A stretch of 37,919 nucleotides of DNA from Octopus bimaculoides (GCF_001194135.2 NC_068983.1:126502912-126540830); one strand, 5' to 3'. Shown: positions 22,385-36,126, counted from the first letter of the stretch. Notes: generated by a model from the letters alone, not told the origin. Made by a program: numbers and translations.

Positions 22385-25300
22385 CTCTATACCAGGGACT
22401 CTGAATCTTAAAATGTTATGATGGGTGTCCTTTACAACCAACAAAAAAACAGTAGGGTAACATCCAACAAGGTTCAAAGAATATTCGTCCCCTTGCAAGG
22501 AACACGAGCTTGAGGTCCTGATATCCCAAATGGTGGAATTGTGACGTAGAATCCTAAAAAATGAGTCTGAAATTGTGTCTTCTTTCCACCAGATACGAGG
22601 TGTGGTTAATCACCGACATATTTGTCGATGTGGTTATTTCATGGCAGATGACCACAAATATTTTCTAGACTATGCCTTATACTTGAAGAGTTATGGGTGT
22701 TGAAAATTTCTGCTTTTTGTTCTTTTGGAGCAACACTTTTTGTCATATGACAGCTTCCTTGCAATGTCATAGTAGACCGAAATTTATTCTTTACAGAGCT
22801 CTCAGGAACTCATTTCTGCTTCACAGCTCGTGATAGGCATTGTCAAATACGGCTTATGTAATTGGTAATAATAGGGGACACGTCAATTAATTTTGCTCTT
22901 AAATAAACTGAAGAAAGTCTGTACATTGCATTTTAGATGGTGCGTTTCCTTTTTTTCTGGGATTACCTAAGTTGCAAATACTCTTTGTACTAATAATATT
23001 CGTTTATTAATTTGTGGTTAATATCGATTCGTAATGCGAGATTATAAGTTTGATACTGTTCTCATCAAATTCTGAGAGAAACTTGAACCTTTTCGCACTT
23101 TGCTCATATGGGTCCATCCTCTTGCCTAACTGTGTTATCAAGCAGTCGTTGACTTGACTTAGAACTTCTATCCTAAAGTTTTCAGCCCCTTTTAAAGAAG
23201 CCCTGTCATTTGTTCCATCTGCAAATTTCTTTGTAACAATGCGCATAGAAACATTAGAATAATTTGAGGTGATATATTCATATAAACATTTTGTTACTGA
23301 TTGATAGTGTGCAATCCTGCCGGCTGAATTTTCTCGTAGTTCTTTAACAAATGAAAGCAAAGATGCTAGCAGAAGATTAACTTCAAATACATCAGAACCA
23401 GGGATTTGGAGTTTCTTATTTGTTTTTTTTTTTTTGTTGAAACGCTCCATAACTGTTACCAAATGACTGTTGAAACAGCATATTCCAATTTTACCAACTT
23501 GTAGTATCATTCTTCGCTTACATTCAGGCTTCTCTTCTGAGTCTTCAAACACATGTTTGAGAGTTTGTAACATATTTCTATATCCATTTTAATTTCCCGG
23601 ACTGCTTCATAGTCTGCAGACCATCTAATCACACTTAAACTCTTTAGAGAAAATGCTACATTAACCTGTGAGGCCAAAATACCCTGCGAGGAGATACAGA
23701 AAAGACAATATAAACTGCTGTAAAATGCCCAAATAGTCAACAACTTTAGGTATATTAGACACTGGGTTTTACCAAATAAGGTTGAGTGAATGGCTTGCAC
23801 ATGGTACATAGTCTGCATACCTGTTAATATATTACTAAGAATTGCTTGCAGCCCTTTCTCCGAGCCCTTCATGTTGGAAGAATTATCGTACGACTGACCA
23901 CAGATATTTTCAAGTGAAAGCGTATGCTCCGCCAGAAATTGTTATTTTGTTGAACGATGCCGTAGATGAAGGTTTTTTTCTATTGGCAAAAATGCTAAAA
24001 ATCTCTCACTGGGTTTTCCATTATAACAGTATCGAACCTCAATTACCAGCCGGTTGACATGTGACATATCAGCTGTAGAATCAACAACAATTGCGTAGTA
24101 TCTCATGTCTAGGTTGTTGATCTGATTCAATGCTTCATCTTTCACATGTTTTCCCATATTTTCTCTCAATTCTTCATACACAGATTTGGATAGAAAGATA
24201 GATAGATAAGTAATATTTACTTTTTTGATTTTTACAATTCTCTAAATGTTCATGTAAAAATTAGTGAAACACCGCCAGAAGCTCAATGGCCCCCATAAAA
24301 TTTCCAGCTTTTAGGCGCCCCACTTTTCTGCATGTCCTCTAAATGCTAAATCTCTTTCAATTAAAACATAATAACTACTACAGCTCTATTTAGTACTTCA
24401 AAATAGTACTGCATGTTAATTTCTCAAGTTGCTGATTTACAGTGTTTTATTTGGCCTTCGTGTTAGCCAGCTCCACATTGCACTGCTGTGTTCCATACTG
24501 TCTTCATGATTTCATTCAATCAGAAAACCCACCCGTTGTAAGTGATATTTGCCATTTAGAAAAATACTTTGCTCTTTGAGTAGACTAACTGGGATCTCAT
24601 CGCAGTCTGACTATTTTTCAATCTTTTTTTTTTTCAAAGTACTTGTTTGAGAAACTTTTATTTTGCTGTCTGTAAATCTTATTGAATCCAGATGCATTAT
24701 CTGGTTTATTATTTAGAAAAAGAACTGATGTCTTACATTAAACACTTTTGTACGAAATCATTATCATTTGTTACAGGCAAGTATGTCATGTCAGTGCATT
24801 GTTTGAAATCACTAAAATTGTCTTGTTTCCTGTTTCTTCTCTATCTTTTCTCGAATTTCTTGACCACCGTGTTCATTATCTACACCCTTATTGTCAACAG
24901 TAGGTTGATTCCTTGCAAACAAAGCACTCATGGTTTGTTCACTATTATTAACTTTACTGGTGCTTGCATGGTTTGTTTCAGTTACAGGTGATGACAAACT
25001 TGTACTTGTCATTGTAAAATTGTTTTATAGCTTTAGACATTTAGAATGTTCGTTAGATTGCTTTACTTGAGTTCTCGTTTCTGGTATCCTTTTAAGTATT
25101 TTCTTGACGAGTTTGATATTCCTCTTGCGGCTTAGACCCCTGGGAAAGAAATTGTGTAATATTTTCATTAACCACATTGAGACAGAGATCGATCAACATA
25201 AGGGTTCACAACATAATATATAGTCATGGTTTGTTCACTATCATTGACTTCATGGGTGCCTGCATGGCTTGTTCCATGTACAGGTAATGAAAATTGTTTA

Positions 25301-25995
25301 CTTGTCATATTGTAAAATAGTTTTATAGTTTTTCACAGTTAGAAATTTCGTTAGATTGCTTTTTCTTGAGTTCGCGTTTCCGGTGTCCGCTTATGTACTA
25401 TCTTGAAAACATTGCTATTCCTCTTGGGGCCTAGACCTCTGTGAAAAAAATGGGGTAATATTTTCACTAATCACAGCGAGACAGAGTTCGATCACGATAA
25501 GAGTTAACAACTTAATAGACATAAATGAAGAATTGTTCATTTTGTACAAGGTGATATTCAAGCAATTTTTAAAGTAGACAAAATGCTTCGTTACTGAACA
25601 GATTGTAAGTCCAAAATTATGAATCAAACCCTTTCATTGGTCATTAAATAATGTTGTGAAAATAAGAAGTTTTATCTTAACCGTGCTGATAATGTAGTAG
25701 ACATATTTGACAATGGGATTGGCAGGGCCTAAATTTCAAAAATAGTTCAAGTAAACGAATTATCTGTAGGTCGTTTGTACTTTTATTTCTTATGCTTCAC
25801 CACGCCAGCAAGAAACAGCGGGTGAACAACTCGTGGCTAGACACTGCGTCTCTAGACTCTGCGTAGGATTATGATATGACGTCCACTGAGACTTGTAACA
25901 GCGATCAGCATGGCAAAATGCAAAAACAAAAAAAAATTCACAGAATGAAAAAGTGAAGTTGCTTCAGAGGGTCGCATGCAGGATTAGATGCCCTG
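22385..25995 (-). mobile_element. Degenerate hAT transposon (Tip100/ZMYM1-like transposase)
   Basis: Minus-strand motifs in order: N-terminal YISGHRKRELKKKQ, RYYAIVVDSTADMSHVNRLVIEVRYC...ERFLAF, GLQAILSNINRYADYVPCASHSLNL, KSLSVIRWSADYEAV, and the hATC dimerisation motif YLTMPITSCEAE...KNKFRSTM. Putative right terminus ...tagatgccctg at 25995. Outer limits are approximate. Confidence 0.85.
24929..25516. repeat. Tandem duplication, ~296-bp unit, inside the hAT 5' coding region
   Basis: 24929-25217 and 25225-25516 both begin catggtttgttcacta and align throughout (cgttagattgcttt, attcctcttg, gtaatattttca, gagacagag.tcgatca). Confidence 0.9.
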
Positions 25996-27549
25996 AATCT
26001 TAAGCTTCATTAGTTTTATAGTAGATCTGTCACTGCTCTATATCTTTATTTTTGCATCTCCATTTAGCGAACTATTTTGATTAAGGATTTTGTGGGATGC
26101 CGCATTAAAATCATATTCCAATTCGATATAAATATTGAGTTCGATTGGTTGAAAGTATTGAAAAGATGCAGGAAAATAAAATATTAAAAAAAAACAAATT
26201 AGCACTCTGAAATAATCCTAATGGAAATCTTTAACACTCAAAAGCAAAAATAAAAAAATAGATACAAGTTGGCTATCAGCATGTCTTGAAATTTCTCTGT
26301 AATATAAAACAGAACGATTTTTTGCATTTTCCAATTTACTGAAAATGCTTTTAAGATGTAGCAAGTAAAAATTTGGATATCATTTTAGCAGTATCACTGG
26401 TGAGTGAACTTAAGCCTAATTTCAAGAAATAAGGAATCTAAATTTGATTACATTTAAGATTATGTAGAAGGAAAAAAGAGATGCCTTTCCAGCTTGTAGA
26501 ACGTATTTATTATTCAGTTCTTTATTTTGCCCGGGTCAGAACAGAATTAACTGTTTGCTACTCTCGGAAATGTTTTATATATACTAACATTTACTATCTA
26601 TTAAAGAAAAGAAATGTATATTAATAATATATAATGGAATGTATCCAGCTAAGAAAGAAATAACTGATATCATACACAGTATGATACGAAAAAGGCATAA
26701 CAAGTTTTACGCAAAAGGTTTTTTCTTCCCCAAAATATAGAATATTTTAATTTGTAGCAAAACTTGAAGAAAGGGTCTCCTTCAAAAGTTTATTTATATG
26801 ATGTATAATAGTTTAACAATGTGAGAATATAATACATTGTTCGTGTTTCGCTACTGCTGCTGTCATTGAATTTTTGATTTTCTTCAAAAATGTGTAATAT
26901 TTGTAGCAGCTGAAACTGAATTGTAGCAGCTATAAATTCATAATGTCTGTGGTTTGAACCTTTTGCATACAATGCAGCTGTATGCGCGCATGTAGTGTTT
27001 GCGTACATCAGGAAAGAGAAATCATTCATATGACACATTTTGGTATCATGATTCTTGTTAATTAAAAGTTGGTGTATTGAGCACGAATTATTTTCTGTGT
27101 AAAGTCAAGTACTTATCTGCTATTTGGAGGATTGATCGTGGGTAACAGATTTGCGGACAGTAAAATTCCCTGAATTGATTATGAAATTTTTAAGAATACA
27201 TGAAAGTCGGTTTCCTCTCCAACGTCATTTCGCCTCTTTTCAATCTTATTACAATCAAATCTGCTAGAAATAATTTGATTTCAGGCACATCTCACTCACA
27301 CAACGAGCTTAATTTCAGTTCCTAGACACTTAAGTACTCTTAATCTATCCATTTAAATTGAAAATCTTTCCTTCCTGTGTCTTTTGTGGCCTGTGAGTGA
27401 AACATATCACAACCTCGTTAGCTCTTCTCTGACTACTAAAGCTACAGTCGTGCTATTACCTTTAAAACATTAAGGGTCTCTCTACCTTTAAATGTTCACA
27501 GACTTTATTGCTATATCGTATTTCAAAACAATCTCTGATTCGTCTCTTA

Positions 27550-27730
27550 ACAGAGGAGGAGGAGGAAGGAGGGAGGNNNNNNNNNNTTAACAGAGGAGGA
27601 GGTGGAGGAAGAGGAGTAGAAGAAAAAGTACTGGATGAAGAAGAGTGATGATAAGAATGACGATGATAATGAAGATGATGATGATGATGATGATGATGAT
27701 GAGGAGGAGGAGGAGGAGGAGGAGGAGGAG
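27550..27730. repeat. (GGA)n / (GAT)n trinucleotide repeats interrupted by a 10-N gap
   Basis: Direct reading. Confidence 0.95.
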
Positions 27731-27849
27731 AATTGTCATTCCAATCGATTTCGAAGTATGGGTGTTTAATGAATGAATGTTAAAGAAATATCAAAAAACA
27801 AAAAAAGCTTCACATTTTATATTTGCAACTGATACAGGAATGTATCAGA

Positions 27850-27895
27850 AGAAGCAGAAGAAGAAGAAGAAGAAGAAGAAGAAGAAGAAGAAGAA
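27850..27895. repeat. (GAA)n microsatellite
   Basis: Direct reading. Confidence 0.95.
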
Positions 27896-27904
27896 TCTTT
27901 TCAA

Positions 27905-28106
27905 CTGATGGCACAACGCTTGAAATTTTAGGGTAGGGCAGTAGTCAATTACATCGACCTCAGTGTTTCACTGGTACTTAATTTAATTTATCTACTCCGA
28001 AAGGATGAAAGTCGACCTGGGCGGAATTTGAACTGAGAACGTAACGATAGACGAAATACCGCTAAGGATATCGTTCGCCGCGGTAACGATTCTACCAGCT
28101 CGCCGC
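27905..28106 (-). mobile_element. tRNA-derived SINE (octopus-type), homolog of 37692-37919
   Basis: The reverse complement begins gcggcgagctggtagaatcgttacc and has B-box GTTCAAATTCC; the body shares actggtactta, gaaaggatgaaag and gacgaaataccgctaag with the 37.8-kb copy. Confidence 0.9.
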
Positions 28107-28139
28107 ATTTATAGAACAAGTACTTATCTAGTACAGAGG

Positions 28140-28890
28140 ACTAGATGCTGTGGCTTGTGTGCAAAAATAAAAGCAGCAAAAAGTCGCATTCCATGGTCGA
28201 GGAAGCTTGCAATTTTGCAAGGGAACTCGGCATTAACTCCAAAATAGATGAAGAACCTGTAATCACAGTCATCAAATAAGCAAAAGGGATCAAACAGCCT
28301 GCAAAATACGACAGGCAGAAACTTCTGCCTTAGCAGTAAATACTTCGAAGTAAAAATGCTGATGTAGACCAAGGAACAACCCATCAGTGGCTGTGAAGCT
28401 CATGATTGAAAGTAGTGACTGACGGTTTCATATTAGCGGCACAACATCAAAGCTTGCTCATAAAAAAATACCAGGCTAACGTTCTAAAATCGGTTCGGAC
28501 CCTAAGTGCAGATTCTGCTATAAATTTGATGAAACAGTAGACCTTCTCATCTCGGGATGTCCTGTGTTTACACCAATGGAATACAAAAATCGCCGCGATA
28601 GCGTAGTATAGTATTTACATTGGAATATATGTAAAGACTACAAAATCAGCATTCTTGTTTACTGGTATGAACATGATCCTGATCCAGTCGTTGAAAGTAA
28701 AAATGTCACTATCCTCTGGGAGTTTCCAGTCAACACCGATAGAACAATTCAGGATAATCGGCCACAGGAAAGGAAATACTGGAACATAAGTAGATGTAAG
28801 TGTTCCCACTGATGAAAATATATGTGTAAAGAGATTTGACAAATTAAGTGATTATAAAGACCTGTAAATTGAAATACAAAATACGTGGTA
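28140..28890 (+). mobile_element. R4/Dong-clade LINE 3' fragment (zinc knuckle plus REL endonuclease), degenerate
   Basis: Reads GFILAAQHQSL, DPKCRFCYKFDETVDLLISGCP (CCHC knuckle with H mutated), EYKNRRD, YLHWNICK, WYEHDPDPVVESKNVTILWEF, TDRTIQDNRP, VDVSVPTDEN...DKLSDYKDL*IE. Confidence 0.88.
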
Positions 28891-29229
28891 TCTGAAAGCG
28901 AAAGCTTTTTCTGTTATTTTGGGTTCCCTAGGAATGAAAAGAAAGGGATGTCAGAAATATTTAGAAAATATCCCAGGAGAACGATGTATCAGACCAATCC
29001 AAAAGATTGTGCTGACAAGCACTACCAACATCCTTTGAAATTTATATGTATGTGTTGTATTACATGAAAATATTTCATTACTGCCCCTGTCACTTCCCTC
29101 TCCAGGTTTTCATACTCTTACATTTCTTAAAGTTCATTCGCCCCAGGATGCTGGATATATCTCGGCAAATAATTCTAAGAAACATGCAGGTTAAAAGTAA
29201 ATAATTATAAATAATAATAGTAATGAAAT

Positions 29230-31400
29230 CTTATAAACACCTGAACAATGAAGAAATTCTTCAGTGAAATGACATGGTGGATGCTGAAGCTGGAAGACAA
29301 CTTTGATAAAAAATATAAGAATGTAAAGGCATTGTCACCAGTTGTCATCAACGAGTTCAGTATGATAAGCAGAAAGTTTGGCAAATTAGAGGATCATCTT
29401 GGTTGTGAAATAATTTTCTCTATTAAATAGAAAGCCTGTTTGTTAGCGACAGCAAGAATCTCAAGTATTGTGCTGGTTACTTAAGATCGCGTGATATAAC
29501 TTACTATTCAGGAATATGAACCGGCACAGTTCAGGAGAGCGATAGACAAAAAGTAATAATATTTATAGTCAAAACATATTTCCTCTTCTGCAGTGTAATA
29601 TATGTAACAGGGAATTAAAAATATGGGAAATTTTCCAGTCTTTCGATCAGGACAGAGAAACCAAAAGGAAGAAGATTCGGTTGTCAGGGCAGAAAAAAGA
29701 AGTCTTTACAGACGACCTGGAAGAAGATGGCGCTGGATAGCCCCAAATACTCAGCGTAAAAGTGAAATGAGAACATCCTCATCGATGAACCTCGCATATT
29801 GCAGGCCGTTTGAGTACTAGCACGATTGAACCTGAGTAGTGATCATCTCTTGCTAAGAGCAAATGTCAAGTCCTTTGATATGAAACTGTTACAGGAAGCC
29901 ACTAAGAAAAAACATTGGTGTCAGATTGAAGACTTCGATGATGTCTACAGTTTAGTGGTCCAGTAAATTAAAAGATGCATTTGGAAAGCAAATCTAAATA
30001 CCAGCGGTATCGTAACTGAAGAATCTTGGTGGAGAAGAAGAAAATGCGAGAGAAACGGAAAACAATGTAGAGGAACATGAACGACACCCTTGTGTATTCT
30101 GTTCTGTGCAATGCACCAAGACAACATTGAAGAAATGACTTCAAGAATTATAGAATGATAAAATTAATGCAGGCAACAAAGGAAAGGAAAAGTTAAAAAA
30201 TATAGGAGAGGTCTAACACTCTATAAGCCAGAGGTAACCATTTAAGAACAACAATGGGCTCCCGGCAACAAAGGAGAGATGGGAGAGGTATGCAAAATAT
30301 TGTATACCAACCGTTCTGATCATCGATGAAAGTCGATCTCATCATACCGCAAATAATGGGGGAAGTACCACCTATTCGGATCCGAAAATTGAAAATTCCT
30401 TCAAATTGATGAAAACAGACATGTTTTGTCTGTTTTCATCACTTGAAGGCATTTTCAGTTTCATGACTAAGAGCTGAGAAAGCAAGTGGTTTCTGTAACT
30501 ATTATGTAATAGTTCACATAATCATTCTAAAACAGCTCATAGAATGGCCCAATAAAAATTTCATTTATGTATTGCTTTTGTTGATTACGCAAAGGCCTCC
30601 GATAGCGTCAAGATAAATGCAATGTTGAAATATCTGGAAATGCATGATTTGAAGGCGCAATACAACAAGCTACTGAGAGGTGCGAACCCTGGATGAACAA
30701 CCGATATGCCTCTGCTAACACAAGCATTAAGAACCCCAATTGAGAATGTTTTCAGGCAAGGGGATACCACCTCCACAAAACACTTTACAGTACGTCTAGC
30801 AATAGTTACCAAGATCATCGACACCGAGAGGTGGCGTGAAAAGGAATTTTAAGCTTCTAGCAAACCTTTGATTTGCAGATGACATTGTACTCATCGCTGA
30901 AGAGACATACATGCTGCTGTCCTTTCTGACAGAGCTGAAAACGGAGAGCTTAGTAGCAGGTGTTAAAATGAACCACAAGGAAGTAAAATAAATGCGGTCG
31001 GAAGACGTATAACATGGCTGGATAAAGGTTGGTAGTAATGAAGTCGAGTAAGTAAAGGATTAGATCCACTTAGGGCACACATTGACTATGTTCCGAAATA
31101 TAGAATCTGAAAGCGTAAAAACAAGAAAATGTGATATGTAATAGACACTTGGATATCAACCGTCCTACTTATTCTCTTATTCACAAATAACGTTTGATAT
31201 CCAACGAAGAGGAATGAACATCGATAGGCTACGACTCAAGTTCCACGGAACGGTACATGTGTGGAATAACATTAACAGAGCACACTCGAACGGAAAAATT
31301 TTGGGAACGGAACAGAGTGCAATGTGATCGCAAAGTACCGAAAACACAAGTCTCGCTGGATCAGACACGTCGCAACGTTCAGCGACGTCATGCAGACCCG
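29230..31400 (+). mobile_element. Near full-length degenerate RTE-clade LINE (AP endonuclease plus RT)
   Basis: EN-like LTIQEYEPA, WRWIAPNTQRKSE..ILID, SDHLLLRA. RT AFVDYAKASDSV, RQGDTTSTK, *FADDIVL (30872-30883), IHLGHT. C-terminal MCGITL...KSRWIRHVA. Confidence 0.85.
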
Positions 31401-32295
31401 TACAGTTACTCAGTAGTAACCAAGAGGCGATTTGGAAGTCTACTTGGAAGGCCTTTGATACTCACGCATTCATGTATGCAGTGTCTCTTTATTTCGTGGA
31501 TATATTATCACTGTAATTTGTATTTTAGAGGTAACCGCTATATTCAACATAACCCAGGTATTTAATGTTAGTTAGTGACCAAACAGCTTTTCCGTTTATA
31601 TTATTTTTTCCTTGTATATTCTATTTGAGAATCTGGAAGGAAATACCGGTGTGTCCACAGAATATCGATGACAACTTATTGAAGGAAAAGTGTACGGCTG
31701 TATATGGGTAGTATCTTAGGATTAATACAACGACTAATTTCGTGAATTTGAAAATATTTACACTTGCAAACAAATTTATTTTTTTAAAATGGTAATTAGT
31801 TAACAGTTTCTCGCTTTTCCTGTTTGTAGTGTGTTATTTAAAAAAAAATGTATTTTATTTCTAATTTCAATATCATTCTCTTTTATTTTTAATTATAGTT
31901 TATGTATCGCCGCGTTGCGTTTTATATTCCTTTGTCATTGTGTTCATGAAATGTTTGTTAAATTCGTTATCACATCTCTAGTAATAGAGAAGTAATGAAC
32001 ATATCATTATTCTTATTTATGCTTTGTATATTCTCAATATATGTAATGTCTACGATAGTTGTTGCTTTCTCTATTTATCTGTCTCTATTTGATTTCCAAC
32101 TGTGCGTCTAACTACACGCATGTTGTTGCGTCGATTTTTACTTTTTCTATGTAATTATATTCATTTATTTGTTTGCTTGTTAATCATTTGCGTAAAGTAT
32201 TTATAATTAGTAACTCGATCTAAGGCAATTTTATTCTAAAGGAATAGTCTAAAGGAAACAACATAACAAGATAAAACCATAATTAACAAAAAATA

Positions 32296-32460
32296 GGCGC
32301 AAGCGTGGCTGTGTAGTAAGAAGCTTGCTTCTCAACCACATGATTCCGGTTTCAATCCCACTGCGCTGAGCCTTGGGGAAGCGTCTACTACTATTGCGTC
32401 TAGCCTACAAAAGCCTTATGAATGGATTTGCTGGAAGGAAACCGAAAGAAACTTTCGTAT
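32296..32460 (+). mobile_element. tRNA-derived SINE (octopus-type)
   Basis: ggcgcaagcgtggctgtgtagtaagaagcttgcttctcaaccacatgattccggtttcaatcccactgc...aaagccttatgaatggatttg...gaaaccgaaagaa, ending in (TA)n. Confidence 0.88.
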
Positions 32461-33009
32461 ATATATATATACATATATATATTACACATCATTTAGTGCC
32501 TTCCTATATTTATGCAGAATACTTGTCTATTAAGTCTATTAAGTTGTATGTTATGACACAATGAAGATACAAATGCTAGTGCATATATTGCCTTCTTTGT
32601 AACTGGGAAGAATTTCTGAGAAACAAACTAAATTTACTGTATGTGAGGTGTTCCCTTTTAAATCAGATTTCTTTAAATGGTAGTTCAATTGAACTTATTT
32701 TCACCGGGTAGTTCGTTCCCCCAATTATAAATTAATGATATTTAAATATACTCAGGAACGCTAAGAGAAAGGAAAGTCTCATGCTTTGCAAGAATACTTG
32801 CTGAGAAATAAATGAATCTCATTCATCTTCTTTCAAGCAATTTTCCATTTGTCTTGAGGAGGGAGAATCACATTACTCATCCAATCAACATTATTAGCAT
32901 TCAAACTATCTTTATCAAAATATGCTATCTTCTTCTGCACATATAATGTTTTTAAATCCATTTTATTAAATTTATAACACTGGGAAACATTTTTGAAAAG
33001 ATTTTTATT

Positions 33010-33900
33010 TGTTGTGTTTTTTCTTTAACAATTAACCTAATCTAATTTGATTGTGCTGGGTTTAGAAATACCCTCAGGAATTTTCTATAAAATCAAGTAA
33101 TTTGTTAAGCAGGAATTCATTTTTTTACCAAAAAATATCGACTTCACCATTAAATCCAATACTGAAATATGAAACTAACACAAACCAAATAGTACTTTTT
33201 ATTGTTTAATACATATATTACACAATTTGTTTTAATTACACATTTTAGAATGGATATTTATGTCATACTGGAGTTTCAGCTACTCATGGAATGAACTTTC
33301 TTTTTGCTGCTTTATGTGAATAAATAGCACCACGACAGTCTCCTTGCAGTGACCCTCGGTAAACAACATTATATTGGTGTTTCACCTGCCTTGACACCTA
33401 ATCTCCATGTTCCCGATGTCTTGGAGGAATCGGATTCCATGCTCATGATTTATTGTACTATGGTTTTCAAGGAAGTAGTCCAGATGACTATGTGGGAAAT
33501 GCGTATTTGCCTTCATGCTGCAGCCCAGTGCTTGAAAACTGGTTAACAGGGTCTGCATAAGATCTTCATAATTTGATGGCTTCCTGTTTCCAAGGAAATC
33601 AGACACAACTGCAGCAAAAGCATTCCATGCCTCTTTTTCGATGCCAGACATAGTCTCCAGAAACAGCTCGTCCTCCAATAGCCATCTAATATGTGGCCTA
33701 TTAAACACACCAAGCTTAAATTTCTCACAAGACAAAACTGGAAATTTTCTGCTTATGTATTTGAAGTAGTGATTGTCTCAGTGTTTGAACACATGTTTTG
33801 AACACTGTACGGGGTGCCCGGGCTTTCTCATGTCAACAATTTTCAGGATAAAGTAAGTACCGTAGAGTAATTGAAGCGTTTTCTCCGCCCGAAATGACTC
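33010..33900 (-). mobile_element. Chapaev3 (CMC superfamily) transposase C-terminal relic
   Basis: ORF 33382-33735 reads SCEKFKLGVFNRPHIR...EKEAWNAFAAVVSDFLGNRKPSNY...LGCSMKANTHFPHSHLDYF...EHGIRFLQDIGNMEIRCQGR. This matches the Chapaev3 pattern KLKEGIFVGPQIR...NFLGN.KA.NY...HFLHSHLDFF...DEQGERFHQDI..ME.RYQG. Confidence 0.88.
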
Positions 33901-34108
33901 ACTTACAAATGAAATTATCAAATATCCGTAAAGTTTGCGAGGGTCATGAGTTGGCCTCCATAGCAATATTAAATTTTTTAAAACATTCTATATATTAGTT
34001 CTATATTAAGATCATATCATTTAGTATAAATGATTTATAATATTTATCTATAACAAACACCTGGTATTTCATTATTGTTTATTCTGTAGTAGACATTACA
34101 TGTACTCC

Positions 34109-34871
34109 NNNNNNNNNNNNNNNNNNNNNNNNNNNNNNNNNNNNNNNNNNNNNNNNNNNNNNNNNNNNNNNNNNNNNNNNNNNNNNNNNNNNNNNNNNNN
34201 NNNNNNNNNNNNNNNNNNNNNNNNNNNNNNNNNNNNNNNNNNNNNNNNNNNNNNNNNNNNNNNNNNNNNNNNNNNNNNNNNNNNNNNNNNNNNNNNNNNN
34301 NNNNNNNNNNNNNNNNNNNNNNNNNNNNNNNNNNNNNNNNNNNNNNNNNNNNNNNNNNNNNNNNNNNNNNNNNNNNNNNNNNNNNNNNNNNNNNNNNNNN
34401 NNNNNNNNNNNNNNNNNNNNNNNNNNNNNNNNNNNNNNNNNNNNNNNNNNNNNNNNNNNNNNNNNNNNNNNNNNNNNNNNNNNNNNNNNNNNNNNNNNNN
34501 NNNNNNNNNNNNNNNNNNNNNNNNNNNNNNNNNNNNNNNNNNNNNNNNNNNNNNNNNNNNNNNNNNNNNNNNNNNNNNNNNNNNNNNNNNNNNNNNNNNN
34601 NNNNNNNNNNNNNNNNNNNNNNNNNNNNNNNNNNNNNNNNNNNNNNNNNNNNNNNNNNNNNNNNNNNNNNNNNNNNNNNNNNNNNNNNNNNNNNNNNNNN
34701 NNNNNNNNNNNNNNNNNNNNNNNNNNNNNNNNNNNNNNNNNNNNNNNNNNNNNNNNNNNNNNNNNNNNNNNNNNNNNNNNNNNNNNNNNNNNNNNNNNNN
34801 NNNNNNNNNNNNNNNNNNNNNNNNNNNNNNNNNNNNNNNNNNNNNNNNNNNNNNNNNNNNNNNNNNNNNNN
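34109..34871. other. Assembly gap (N run)
   Basis: N run followed by (TA)n. Confidence 1.
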
Positions 34872-36027
34872 TATATATATATTACAGTTTTAAATTGGTA
34901 TTAATGAATTATTGTAACAATATAATGTAAAATTGCCATTTTATCACAGAAGTGACTGAATTCTATGCATCTGTTTAGGCAAACTTAATATTTATGCAAT
35001 CTACTTAGATAATTCTCCTCTTAGAAAAAGTTATTGAAAACGCAGTAAGAAAATGCACACAATTTCAAATTCTTTAAATTTACAGATATGGAAACAAAAA
35101 CAACATTTACTGAAACAGATAGGGAATGACGTGAAGAATGCAGCAATTTTACGTGCTGTTAAATTCCATACATCATTTTTCATAATGACTATTTAAAAAT
35201 GAAAAATACAAAAATGTCGATACAATTAACTGCATAGATCACCACCCTTTATATTAGTCTATTATTTGTGTTTTTTTCTCCTCAAATGCAGTTGTTGACG
35301 TAACACACTTACGCTATTCACTTTTTCTCACAGTTCTGAAACAACATCAGGCAGTGAATTGGATCCGCTTTCGATGATTAATCGTAGTAATTTTGTTCCG
35401 GTAATTTCTCTTATAGAGAATGTCTTAACTACCGAAATCTCTTTATTTCTTTCCTTCATATATTGATAATTTGTTTTGTATACTCTGGCTTTGAAAAGTT
35501 GTACTCTCGGTTAGAGTTTAATTGGCTAATTTTATCTTCATAAAACTCGCTTACACTTCGGGAAACGCAGCACTATGCTAAAATAATATAATCAATATGC
35601 GTTTTTGTTAATAAAATCGATAACTGTAAAATCAATATCTCTCTAATGTGCTTTGGAGTAAGTGCCACGAAAATGTTCTAAAGGTGGCAGCAAAAGGAAA
35701 TACCAGAAAACTGAAGCGAAAAATTAAATATAATTTTTCTTCTTAATTTTTCAGTTCCCTCTTTCCTTTCGACTTTCAGAAAGAGATCATTAACAGTGAT
35801 AATGAAAATCAATAGCAAATTTCATGTAATTATTGTGACATAGCAGATGACATCACCGAAATATTAACAATCTTATAAGTGAATAGTTTATGCATTTTAC
35901 AGATATTTGTGAAATAATAAGTTCTTTTCCATCAAAGAAATTTCACAAGACATTTAGACTGATAAAAATAAATATACACAGATATTTATTTTCAAATAAA
36001 TACACACACAGCTATTTGTTTACAAAG

Positions 36028-36126
36028 TGGAAATGGAGTGGCGAATGTTCACTCCGCATACGCACATTGGCAACATTCGTCAATTTCTTGAAAATGGTGT
36101 TATAACCCCGAAATATTGCATACAAG
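36028..36126 (+). CDS. Candidate 99-nt symmetric (phase 1-1) exon (unverified)
   Basis: ttgtttacaaag|TGGAAATG...ATACAAG|gtaaat. Reads xEMEWRMFTPHTHIGNIRQFLENGVITPKYCIQ and is GC-richer than its flanks; an alternative acceptor exists at 36012. No homology recognised. Confidence 0.22.

Noticed and set aside
22401-26003. ctgaatcttaa repeated near both ends of the hAT element as a possible TSD
   Set aside because: The left copy lies inside sequence homologous to the element's subterminal region (it aligns with the 1133-1458 copy), so it is not a flanking duplication.
26790-27038. 82-aa minus-strand ORF; another frame resembles a Gypsy integrase zinc finger (RKHYMRAYSCIVCKRFKP)
   Set aside because: No supporting upstream His pair, integrase core or LTR, and no convincing splice sites.
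27547-27602. 16-bp direct repeat ttaacagaggaggagg on both sides of the 10-N gap
   Set aside because: Typical unmerged contig overlap at a placeholder gap; probably an assembly artefact.
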